Part shown: in pieces, positions 42,601 through 50,340 of the stretch
Layout: the number at the start of each line of letters is the position of its first letter
Position numbering within the stretch: the stretch's first letter is position 1
Assembly: GCA_963808235.1 (NCBI GenBank)
Contig: CAWEEQ010000004.1
Coordinates: forward strand, 768,001-832,000
Reading direction: 5' to 3'
Length of the DNA stretch: 64,000 bases
Source: an uncultured delta proteobacterium
GTDB taxonomy: Bacteria; Desulfobacterota; Binatia; Binatales; Binataceae
The notes under the pieces: generated by a model
Seen by the model: only the letters and a program-made list of their open reading frames with translations
Database searches by the model: none
What the model was told of the DNA's origin: nothing
Program-made: the position numbers and the translations under genes

Positions 42601-42838
42601 ACTCGATATGCTCAATGTTGCTGCCCAACGTAAAGAATCGCTCGTAGCGAAAGGTGATGTTGTCTTCCATGTCGAGCGGCGGCATGCCCTGGTAAAAGGT
42701 AGCCACCACAACCGCTGGGATTTTAATGTCCGGAAAGATGTCCACCGGCATCTGCGTAAACGCCGTTGCACCCAGAATCACGATGATCAGCGCTCCGACA
42801 ATGATTAGGTACGGATTGCGCAGCGAGAAACTTGGCAC
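39677..42838 (-). CDS. RND efflux permease (AcrB/CzcA superfamily)
   Basis: 1053 aa; LVDDSVVVLEN, RMRPILMT. Confidence 0.95.
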   Translation of the reverse strand: MPSFSLRNPYLIIVGALIIVILGATAFTQMPVDIFPDIKIPAVVVATFYQGMPPLDMEDNITFRYERFFTLGSNIEHIESRSLSGVSIIKVFFQPGTDVAAAAAQMGTLAEADLGVLPPGTLPPLVLQYDASSLPVVLVTLGGKGYNETQLEDQARYNVRNQLATVPGASVPIPFGGKFRQVMAYANPQALQARGLSLMDVVSALDTSNVILPAGDVKIGSKDYYIYSNSLIEKVPDINQVPVKIGRGQAPVLMDDVGKVTDSAQIQYNTVLINGQPSVYIPVLRQAGANTISVVDGVKQLIPNVFGLPAGMKLKTILDQSIYVRQAVDSLEHEAISGAVLASLMILIFLGSFRSTFAIFLSIPLSILAGAFGLYFNGSTLNIMTLGGFALAIGRLVDDSVVVLENINRHLAEGKEPHAAARDGAEEVALPVLASTVTTCIVFFPVMFLFGVSKYLFSALALAVVLSMAASYLVAMSVIPIYCARFLTREQALAAEHGESSGVFAIFNRAYERFASAYERLLENALDHKSVVIVGVTILFVVSLAMYPRLGTELFPETDAGMFTINFRAPAGTRIELTTDMARRIEDLVRKVIPPDELDMVVSNIGIAPSISAIYSPNSAQDSGFMQVALKSGHRHPTQYYVARLKQLLPIQLPNARTLFSSGSIIDSVLNLGKIAPIDVEFAGSSFTELHNAAKELQARINALSQVSQSFIAQELDYPTLNIKVDRVRAARLGVAQQEVIQNVITALDSNLYIKPSIWIDRANKDDYFLTVQYLGAQNGFDSLEVLQNIPIETVNKETGHAQSLLLRDVASIAPESHPSEADHYSIQRIVDLLVAPSTQDLGGTQEKIQREVSKMTLPPGVSVRYRGAVSSMQKSFSSFGFGLSLAVVLLYLVMVAQFRSFLDPFIIMFAVPMGLIGVIWTLWATGTTLNIESFMGIIVMVGIVVSNSILLVDFANERRRQGHELRRAAIDSARIRMRPILMTALATVAGLMPIALKLGEGSEASAPLARAAVGGLAVSTVLTLFLVPCIYEFFYRRIERAAAVQTPNEDRG

Positions 42839-42942
42839 GATGCAAACTCCCTGTCACCGGCGAAGTGATTACGCCGGTGGACTTTGACTTGACTATAACC
42901 GCCCGCGAATATCGGGCGCGTGTTAGCGAATCTGAAGTTTGC

Positions 42943-43323
42943 TTACAGCGGGTCTTGGCTTTCCGCGCGCGAGGGGAGCAATTTGAATCGTCTTATGAAT
43001 GGCTGTACGGAAGGAGTCGCGAATCTGAACCTCGGTAAGGGCCTCACGGCCAGGTTGTCCGATACCGACGTCAAGTACTTCGGGAATGAAACATCAAGCG
43101 CTTGAGAGCCGGAATCGAGGTCGGGCTGACTTGACGAGGCCTTGGTGAATCTCTGTGCACCGCTAAGCCTATTCTGCTCGCACGATCCGCAAGACACGCG
43201 AAAGTGTGGAACCTGCAATCGAGGGGTGAAGGCCACGATGCTCGTCACGATGAGAACCGCGGCAACCAGTTGCAGATGTAGACGAGAAAACATTACTCCG
43301 ACGCTCATCTTATCGTTCCGCAT
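42943..43323 (-). CDS. Hypothetical small membrane/exported protein upstream of the RND operon (start uncertain)
   Basis: Hydrophobic N-terminal segment, CGSC, co-oriented with the RND gene. Confidence 0.4.
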   Translation of the reverse strand: MRNDKMSVGVMFSRLHLQLVAAVLIVTSIVAFTPRLQVPHFRVSCGSCEQNRLSGAQRFTKASSSQPDLDSGSQALDVSFPKYLTSVSDNLAVRPLPRFRFATPSVQPFIRRFKLLPSRAESQDPL

Positions 43324-43502
43324 TTTCGAATGCAAAGCGGAAGAATCTTTCCGCGTCTCGCGAAGATTTCCGCATTCGGCAGACAACGTTTATTGCAGTC
43401 TGCCCTCTCGTTCAATCACGCCAGGAGCAGGTGCCAACTTTGCGGCGTATGATGTATACGTCGTGAAGCTTTTCAGAGACGCGAGTCCGAGCGCTGGGCC
43501 GG

Positions 43503-43958
43503 ATGCCCTTATTCAAGAAAATTCTTTGTCCTCTCGATTTCGATCAGAATTCGCTTCTGGCGCTCCAGGTTGCGACCGAACTGGCGCGGGAACGCAAAGC
43601 GACCCTCGATTTGCTGCACGTCGTCTCGATACCTTCCGGACCCGAGGTTGCGTTACCCTTCGCCAAAATGGAGAAGGCCGCACGAACCAGGCTTGAGCGG
43701 CTGGCGGGCCAAAAAATAGGCAGCAAAGTCTCCCATCGCGTCGACGTATCGATGGGCGATCCGGCCGCCGAGATCATTCATACCGCGAAAAAGTTGGATA
43801 CCGATCTTATTGTGATGGCAACCCACGGACGGAAAGGACTCCGTCACCTTGTGCTGGGAAGCGTAGCCGAACGCGTGGTGCGGGAAGCCCCGTGCCCGGT
43901 GCTCGCGATCAAGTCGAAAGCTCCGGCCGCGAAGATCAAAAGACCTCGATCGAAATAA
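43503..43958 (+). CDS. Universal stress protein
   Basis: KILCPLDFD..DLIVMATHGRKGL..LGSVAERVVREAPCPVL. Confidence 0.92.
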   Translation: MPLFKKILCPLDFDQNSLLALQVATELARERKATLDLLHVVSIPSGPEVALPFAKMEKAARTRLERLAGQKIGSKVSHRVDVSMGDPAAEIIHTAKKLDTDLIVMATHGRKGLRHLVLGSVAERVVREAPCPVLAIKSKAPAAKIKRPRSK

Positions 43959-44236
43959 TTCGCTGTATGACGTCACAGCTCAAACGGTCGAAATCCTCGC
44001 GGTCGTCGCGAAATCAGAACTGTCGCGCTTTCCGCGGTTGGCAGAGAGGGCCAGGGGATCGAAATCTGGTTAAATTCAAGCCATGAGCGGTGATGAAGGG
44101 AATATGGGGATCCGCCAAAAGGGTTTCACTGATACAAGAGCAATAATGAGGCTGCTTAAGGCTTGACTAATTTCTTGTCTTGCTCCATAGTGATGCTGCC
44201 ACCGAAAGGGCGGGCAAAAACGGGGAAGGTAGGATA

Positions 44237-44482
44237 ATGCAACGATCACGAGAAAATGATGAGACTCAGCCGGAATTCTATACTGTCGGCCAGCTCGCGG
44301 ACTTGCTCCAACTGACGCCGATGACGATATACCGGATGGTCAGACGCGGCGAGCTCGCCTGTCATGCGATCGGGCGAATCAAACGCTTTCGCCGCGGCGA
44401 CGTAGAGACGTTCCTCGAGAATTCCAGGCAGCCGGCCTCGGAAGCCACCGCGGCTCCGGCTCCTCGCCGTCTCGATGGCTGA
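44237..44482 (+). CDS. Excisionase-like HTH_17 DNA-binding protein (paralog 1)
   Basis: FYTVGQLADLLQLTPMTIYRMVRRGELAC..IKRFRRGDVE. Confidence 0.85.
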   Translation: MQRSRENDETQPEFYTVGQLADLLQLTPMTIYRMVRRGELACHAIGRIKRFRRGDVETFLENSRQPASEATAAPAPRRLDG

Positions 44483-44746
44483 AGACTCTCGGCGAATAAG
44501 TTCCAGCAGCCCCTGAGATTACCGCTACTTCCTGAGCGCTCGCGGGTCAGTACGCGTTCGTGCCCGGCGGTAATTTTTCCCCCAGCTCTTTCCTCAAAAC
44601 AGATTCTGCGAACGAGTGTAACCACCAGTACAAACTGGTTGCAGGGAAGAGTCGCGTCTATAGAAGATGGAGGGCGAGCATTGTAGAAGCTTGACAGGAG
44701 CGTTGCATTCCCAAAGGATAGCGCAGCAGTCGATTACGGGGGAAAA

Positions 44747-44965
44747 ATGCAACGCTCACGTCCGAAAGAAGACGCCCAGCCCGAGTTCTACACCGTTGGA
44801 CAACTTGCCGATTTGCTGCAACTCACACCCATGACCATTTACCGCATGGTCAGGCGCGGCGAGTTGGCTTGTCACGCGATCGGTCGCATCAAGCGTTTCA
44901 GACGCGGCGATGTCGAGGCTTTTTTACAAAGCTCGAGGAAACCAGCGGCAAGCGCACCAAGCTAA
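44747..44965 (+). CDS. Excisionase-like HTH_17 DNA-binding protein (paralog 2)
   Basis: Core identical in amino acids to paralog 1 from QPEFY to GDVE. Confidence 0.88.
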   Translation: MQRSRPKEDAQPEFYTVGQLADLLQLTPMTIYRMVRRGELACHAIGRIKRFRRGDVEAFLQSSRKPAASAPS

Positions 44966-45198
44966 GACTTGCTCGTCTTACGCTCGGCGCCTGAATCGCC
45001 GTTGGTTTGGTGTTCCGGTTCCCTGGCTACGCTCCCGCCCGCCGCGACCCATTGATCGACGACTGGCACTTCAAAGCGCAGATCCCGTCCAACTCTAATA
45101 GCCCGCAACTGGCCTCTTCGCACCAGCCTGCGAACGGTAGCCGGATTGACATGCAGGTAGTCGGAAACCTCACGCAATGTGAGCATCCTTGCTGGCAT
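44962..45198 (-). CDS. Excisionase-like HTH_17 DNA-binding protein (paralog 3, divergent)
   Basis: MLTLREVSDYLHVNPATVRRLVRRGQLRAIRVGRDLRF..VDQW. Confidence 0.85.
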   Translation of the reverse strand: MPARMLTLREVSDYLHVNPATVRRLVRRGQLRAIRVGRDLRFEVPVVDQWVAAGGSVAREPEHQTNGDSGAERKTSKS

Positions 45199-45299
45199 AT
45201 GCTCGCCCCTGGCTGACTCCATTCGACCCGGATTCATCCGCAAGCTCGCAAAAGTCTCATCAGGTTTGTCCTCGCCGTTTCGGTGACCGGAGGTGGCCG

Positions 45300-45560
45300 G
45301 AGGTCTCTAAATCTATTTGACTGTCTAATGCGCATTATCATTCAAATTACTTGACGACGACTCATCTATTGCTTGATGACCATCATCTGCTTTCTCAAAC
45401 GTAGCAAGATTTCAAAGACTAATCAAGCCATGAAAATATTGTCAAGTTAAGATAAAGCTGTTAGAATTCTAAAGCGTGGCATCTTTATTTACTTTATTTT
45501 ATGTCTCATTGCTTTGTTTATTCTTTTATGGTACAGTCTTACATAGCGTGCATCCCTTAC
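45300..45560. promoter_or_regulatory. AT-rich divergent regulatory region between HTH_17 paralog 3 and wza
   Basis: Visibly AT-rich island in GC-rich DNA, with ~10-bp phased AAG/CTT motifs. Confidence 0.55.
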
Positions 45561-45609
45561 GATTCATGCGTCGAATCGCGTACTGACCTGAGCAGTGAGA
45601 AAAAAAACC

Positions 45610-46335
45610 ATGAAACGAAAACTATTGGTCATAGCTCTTCTGTGTTGTGCGCAGCTTCTGTTCGGATGCTCCGCGAAGGACCCGGAGGCTACCGATATCA
45701 AGGGTGTGTCGATGGCGCCGGTGTCGCCTGCCTGCCAATTCACTTCGGTCGACGACCAGTTTCGATCATACCGGATTCAGCCGGGCGACCAGCTCGACAT
45801 CAGTTTTTATATGAGCCCCGAGTTTGACCAGGACCTGACCGTACGACCCGACGGCGACATCTCGATGCCGGTGGTCGGCAATATTCACGTGCAGGGACTA
45901 ACCCCGGTCGGGCTCGAGAAGAATCTCAATCAGCTCTATTCGCAGGAGTTGAAAGATCCGAAGACCACGGTCCGCATCGACAAGAGTCCAAGCCAGGTCG
46001 TGTACGTCGAGGGCCAGGTTGGCAAACCCGGCGCGGTGCCGCTGCAGCCCGGGATGACCGCGATCCAGGCGATCGCCGCGTCGGGCGGAATGAACGATAA
46101 CGCCGGACCGAGCCGGGTGATTCTCATAAGACGCGACGCGTGCGGGAACGCGCACGGGCAGCCTCTCAAGCTCGACAAAGTGCTGAACCAGAAAAATAAC
46201 GAAGAAGATGTGGCGCTGCTGCCTTCGGACATCGTGGTCGTACCGCGCAGCGGGATTGCCCAATTCGATCTCGACGTGAAGCAGTACGTGCGCGACGCGA
46301 TGCCGGTCGAAGTCTACGCCGCGCCGCCATTTTGA
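45610..46335 (+). CDS. wza: Polysaccharide export lipoprotein (Wza/OPX, Poly_export + SLBB)
   Basis: Lipobox LFGC; YRIQPGDQL, VRPDGDISMP, VEGQVGKPG, LPSDIVVVP. Confidence 0.88.
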   Translation: MKRKLLVIALLCCAQLLFGCSAKDPEATDIKGVSMAPVSPACQFTSVDDQFRSYRIQPGDQLDISFYMSPEFDQDLTVRPDGDISMPVVGNIHVQGLTPVGLEKNLNQLYSQELKDPKTTVRIDKSPSQVVYVEGQVGKPGAVPLQPGMTAIQAIAASGGMNDNAGPSRVILIRRDACGNAHGQPLKLDKVLNQKNNEEDVALLPSDIVVVPRSGIAQFDLDVKQYVRDAMPVEVYAAPPF

Positions 46336-46345
46336 GCCGAGTGGG

Positions 46346-47869
46346 ATGAATCAGATGAACAACGAAGCTGTAATGCAGTGGATAGAGAAGATATTCCGGC
46401 GCCGGGCGTTGGCGCTCCGGATAGGCCTGCTGGTCTTCGGCGTAATCGCGCTGGGCTCGATCATGTGGCCCCCGAGCTACGCGTCGTCGTCGAAAATCCT
46501 GGTTCAATCCAACCGCGCGCAACTGCTGGTCTCGCCCGGGCTGAAGGAAGACGCCGCCAATCAATCGACCCAAACGGTTCCGGTGGCGGAGCAGGACCTC
46601 AACTCGGAGGTCGAGCTGCTGACCAGTCCGTTCCTTATTAAGCAGGCGCTCGCGGGGATGAAGCTCAATCAACGCAAGGGCGGCGTGATCGCGGGAATGC
46701 GAAACATTGTCGACGCGGTCGTCAGCGTCCCGACAGACGTGTACACGGTGCTGCACGGAGGCCCCAGCGCGACTGCGAACCAGGACGAGATTCAGAAAAT
46801 CGTGAATCATCTCAGCGCGGACGTGATCAAGCGCTCGAATGTTATCGAGGTTTCGATTGTCTCGCACGATCCCGCGTGGGCGAAAGCGTTTCTCTCGCAA
46901 TTGATGACTTCATACCTGAACCTGCACGGGCAGTTGTCGCAGAATCCGCAGGCGCAGGCATTTTTCCAGCAGCAGCGCGCGCTGCTCGATCAGCGCCTCC
47001 AGGACTCAGAGAAGGAGTTGCGCGCGGCGCAACTGCAGACCGGAATCGCTCAATTCAGCGAGCAGCAGCAGGCGCTCATCAACCAGGTGTCCGCCGCCGA
47101 GGCGAACTATCGCACCACCAGCGCCTCTCTGGATTCCAAGCTGCAGCAGATCAGGAGCCAGGAAGCCGAGTTGAAGCAGACTCCGCAGCGTCAGACCAAG
47201 GAATCGAAGTCGGTCCAGAACATGGCGCTCAGCCAGTTGAAGCCGCAGATGCTTCAACTCGAAACCGAGCGTGCCGAGTTGTTGAGCCGCTATCAGCCCA
47301 CCAGCGAGAGAATCCGTGCGATCGACGCCAAGCTGAAAGCCGGCCAAATCATCCTGAGCCGCGAAGATAAGACCAACGTCCAGGAAACCACCACCGATGT
47401 GAATCCGACCTGGCAGGCGCTCGATGCCGATTTGGCCAAAGCGCGGGCCGAAGCCGCGTCGGATAAGGCGGCGCAGACCACTGAAGCGGCGCAAGTCGCA
47501 ACGTTACAGAATCAGCTCAAACAGATGACCACGGATGGAGTCGAGATCGAACGCCTGCAGCGCAAAGTCGATAGCGACAAGGAAGCGTACATGTCGTACG
47601 TGCGCAAGGGCGAGGAGGCCCGCGCGGCCGAGGCTCTTAACCAAAGCCGGATCCTGAACGTGAGCGTGGTGCAGGATCCGACCACTCCGATCGATCCGGT
47701 GTCGCCGCGAATCCGGTTGAATCTGATCGCCGGGCTCCTGTTTGCCCTGATGCTGGCGGTCGCCGCGGCGCACTGGACCGAGGAATACGATCCCAAGATT
47801 TGTTCGACCGCGTCGATATTCAAGGACACCGGGCTCAGCACGGTCGCGATCCTCGACGACAGGTTGTAG
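46346..47869 (+). CDS. Polysaccharide co-polymerase (GumC/Wzc membrane part, no kinase domain)
   Basis: 2 TM segments around a long coiled coil; SEVELL; Pro-rich PVSP before TM2. Confidence 0.85.
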   Translation: MNQMNNEAVMQWIEKIFRRRALALRIGLLVFGVIALGSIMWPPSYASSSKILVQSNRAQLLVSPGLKEDAANQSTQTVPVAEQDLNSEVELLTSPFLIKQALAGMKLNQRKGGVIAGMRNIVDAVVSVPTDVYTVLHGGPSATANQDEIQKIVNHLSADVIKRSNVIEVSIVSHDPAWAKAFLSQLMTSYLNLHGQLSQNPQAQAFFQQQRALLDQRLQDSEKELRAAQLQTGIAQFSEQQQALINQVSAAEANYRTTSASLDSKLQQIRSQEAELKQTPQRQTKESKSVQNMALSQLKPQMLQLETERAELLSRYQPTSERIRAIDAKLKAGQIILSREDKTNVQETTTDVNPTWQALDADLAKARAEAASDKAAQTTEAAQVATLQNQLKQMTTDGVEIERLQRKVDSDKEAYMSYVRKGEEARAAEALNQSRILNVSVVQDPTTPIDPVSPRIRLNLIAGLLFALMLAVAAAHWTEEYDPKICSTASIFKDTGLSTVAILDDRL

Positions 47870-47874
47870 CCGAT

Positions 47875-49458
47875 ATGTATTACGAACACTTCAGACTTAG
47901 CGGCGCTCCCTTCGAGTTCAATCCCTCGGCGTCGGTGCTCTTCATGAGCGCGGGGCATCGCGAAGGATTGGCGGCGCTCGAGTGGGGACTGTCCGAGCCG
48001 AGCGGATTCACGATGCTGGTCGGCGAGATCGGGACCGGCAAGACCACGCTCATCTACTCGCTGCTCGCGACGCGGCATCAGGGCGTCCGGACCGCGTGGG
48101 TGGCGAATCCGCGCTTAAGCTTCGAAGACATGATGCGCCAGATTTTGGGCCAGCTGGGCGCAGTTGCGCCGGAGACGTCGGGCAAGCTCGCGCTGCTGCA
48201 GGCGTTCGACGCGCAGCTCGCGAGCCATGGGCTCGAAGAGTGCGTGGCGGTGATTGTCGACGAGGCGCAGGACCTGAGCGACGACGCGCTGGAAGATCTG
48301 CGCCTGTTGACCAACTTTCAATCGCTCGAGCGCAGACGCCTGCAAATAGTGCTGGTCGGTCAGCTCGATCTCGCCAGAAGGCTGGGGCGGCCGCAACTGC
48401 GCCAACTGAATCAGCGAATCGGTGCGCGCGCGCTGTTGCCGACTCTGCAGGACCGGGAGATTTACGACTACGTCGAATACCGGCTGCGCTCGCGCGGCGG
48501 AGATATCGAGAACCTGTTCACGCGGAGCGCGATGCGGGAGCTCGCGCGCGCGAGCGGCGGAATCCCGCGGCGGATCAACATGCTTTGCCACAACGCGATG
48601 CTGCAGGCATACGCGGACGGCGAGCAATTCGTCGCCGAAAAGCATGTGCGTGCCGCCGCCAGCGACTACGATAATTTGCTGGTCGGCAAAGATTCGGCGT
48701 CCGCGAAGATGGCCGCATCGGCGAGCGCGGCGATGCAATCCGCGAGCACAAAGATACGGTCGGCGAGCGCGTCGATGCATTCATCGGCGGTCTCGATGGC
48801 GCCGGCGATGCGTTCGGGCGCGACCAAGGCGGTTCGCGCGTTGAGCGCGGCGGCAACATTCGGGGCGCTGAGCTTGCTCGGCGTAGCGGTAGTCGGATTT
48901 TGCGAGATGCAGCCGGTGCACAATGATCTTTCCGCGCTGGTCAGGAAATTCGAATCGAAAGCGGCGAGTTTCAGAAGGCCAATCGTGGTGCAGCGGGCGC
49001 CGGCGCAGTTCGTGACCGGTTCGTCCCCGGCGACCGTTCCGGCGCCGAACACAATTGGTTCGGCTCCAGCGGCCGTTCATGACAGCACCGCCCCGGGCGC
49101 CCACGAATTGAGTACGCGCGGACACCTCAGGGGTCTTTCGGCGACTGGCCGGCGGGTTCCAGTCAAGCCGCAACCTGAAGCGAGCGCCGTTCCCAATATT
49201 TTGCCGGTGACGTTGTCGCCGGTCGGAAATATTTCCGCATCTCCGGATTCTTCGACGAAACCAGATGACGGCGCCTTGCGCACCGACTCGACCATTTTGG
49301 TCAGGGCGGGCGACTCGCTCAGCAAGATAGCGATGAGAATCTATGGTTCGTTCGGAGCCGATGAAGTTAAGCGATTGACCGCGGCGAATCCGCAAATCAA
49401 GGACGCGAACGTGATCTATCCCGGTCAGTCTATTCACGTGCAGCAAGCTACCAAATGA
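47875..49458 (+). CDS. ExeA-like AAA ATPase with TM segment and C-terminal LysM domain
   Basis: MYYEHFRL..PF, GEIGTGKT, IVDEAQ, LVGQ, GIPRRIN; VRAGDSLSKIA..NPQIKDANVIYPGQ. Confidence 0.88.
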   Translation: MYYEHFRLSGAPFEFNPSASVLFMSAGHREGLAALEWGLSEPSGFTMLVGEIGTGKTTLIYSLLATRHQGVRTAWVANPRLSFEDMMRQILGQLGAVAPETSGKLALLQAFDAQLASHGLEECVAVIVDEAQDLSDDALEDLRLLTNFQSLERRRLQIVLVGQLDLARRLGRPQLRQLNQRIGARALLPTLQDREIYDYVEYRLRSRGGDIENLFTRSAMRELARASGGIPRRINMLCHNAMLQAYADGEQFVAEKHVRAAASDYDNLLVGKDSASAKMAASASAAMQSASTKIRSASASMHSSAVSMAPAMRSGATKAVRALSAAATFGALSLLGVAVVGFCEMQPVHNDLSALVRKFESKAASFRRPIVVQRAPAQFVTGSSPATVPAPNTIGSAPAAVHDSTAPGAHELSTRGHLRGLSATGRRVPVKPQPEASAVPNILPVTLSPVGNISASPDSSTKPDDGALRTDSTILVRAGDSLSKIAMRIYGSFGADEVKRLTAANPQIKDANVIYPGQSIHVQQATK

Positions 49459-49476
49459 CGAACTTAGGTGTGACCC

Positions 49477-50337
49477 ATGAGTAGATACTTTCAGGCAATG
49501 GAACGCCGCAAGAACGGAATGGTTCCGTTAACTGATTCCAGGATAGGTGATGCGAGAATCGCTGATTCCAACTTCGCTGATTCGAAGGTCGTTGAGTCGA
49601 AGATCATCGATTCCAAGATCATCGAGACCAAGACCAAGCCGTTCTCACACTCACAGGCTGTAGCGCGAACTCAGCCGATGGCGCTTCCGTCTGTTTCGGA
49701 GCCGCAAGGGTTGCTCGATACGCTCGCATGCTGCCATTCGATGCGCAGCTTGAGCGAGCAGCTGGCGGCGGCGAGCGCGCACAATGGCCCTGCGCGAATA
49801 CTCATGACCGGATGCCGGCCGGGCGACGGCGTATCCACCGTGGCTGCGGCGATGGCGCTCGACATAAGTCAGCGCCTGGCGGCGCGGACAGTGCTGGTAG
49901 AAGGACAGCCGCGAGTCACGATGATGCATCCGTTCTTCGCGCGCTCTTGCGCGCCAACTCCCGCGACGATCACGAGCGCGTCGATCGCCGTGCAAGGAAC
50001 CGGATATCCGCGGCTCGAGACGGCGCGGCCGGAGCAGTTGGCGCTAGCGGACCAACCGGCACGGCTGGTGGAAGATCTGGACGAATTACTTATGCGCTAT
50101 CGCCTGGCGGTTATAGATCTCGGCGTAGTGCGTTTGGACCCACGAATGTTAGCGCTGGCGCGGCCCACCGATCCGATCCTGATTGTGGCCCGACATCTGC
50201 ATACAGATCGAGCGGAAATGATCGCGACGGCAAACATCCTGCGCTCTACCGGACATCCCGTAGCTGGGGTGATTCTGAATGGATACAAGTCGCCGTTGCC
50301 ATCGCTGGTTCGCCGCCTTGTTGGAATGGAGGAATAA
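49477..50337 (+). CDS. CpsD/CapB-like BY-kinase homolog with degenerate catalytic motifs
   Basis: TGCRPGDGVST, VLVEG, VIDLG, GVILN; position in the EPS locus. Confidence 0.7.
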   Translation: MSRYFQAMERRKNGMVPLTDSRIGDARIADSNFADSKVVESKIIDSKIIETKTKPFSHSQAVARTQPMALPSVSEPQGLLDTLACCHSMRSLSEQLAAASAHNGPARILMTGCRPGDGVSTVAAAMALDISQRLAARTVLVEGQPRVTMMHPFFARSCAPTPATITSASIAVQGTGYPRLETARPEQLALADQPARLVEDLDELLMRYRLAVIDLGVVRLDPRMLALARPTDPILIVARHLHTDRAEMIATANILRSTGHPVAGVILNGYKSPLPSLVRRLVGMEE

Positions 50338-50340
50338 GCA

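Noticed and set aside
44237-45198. Prophage or ICE inferred from excisionase-like genes
   Set aside because: No integrase, structural, replication or conjugation genes, and no att duplication in the window.
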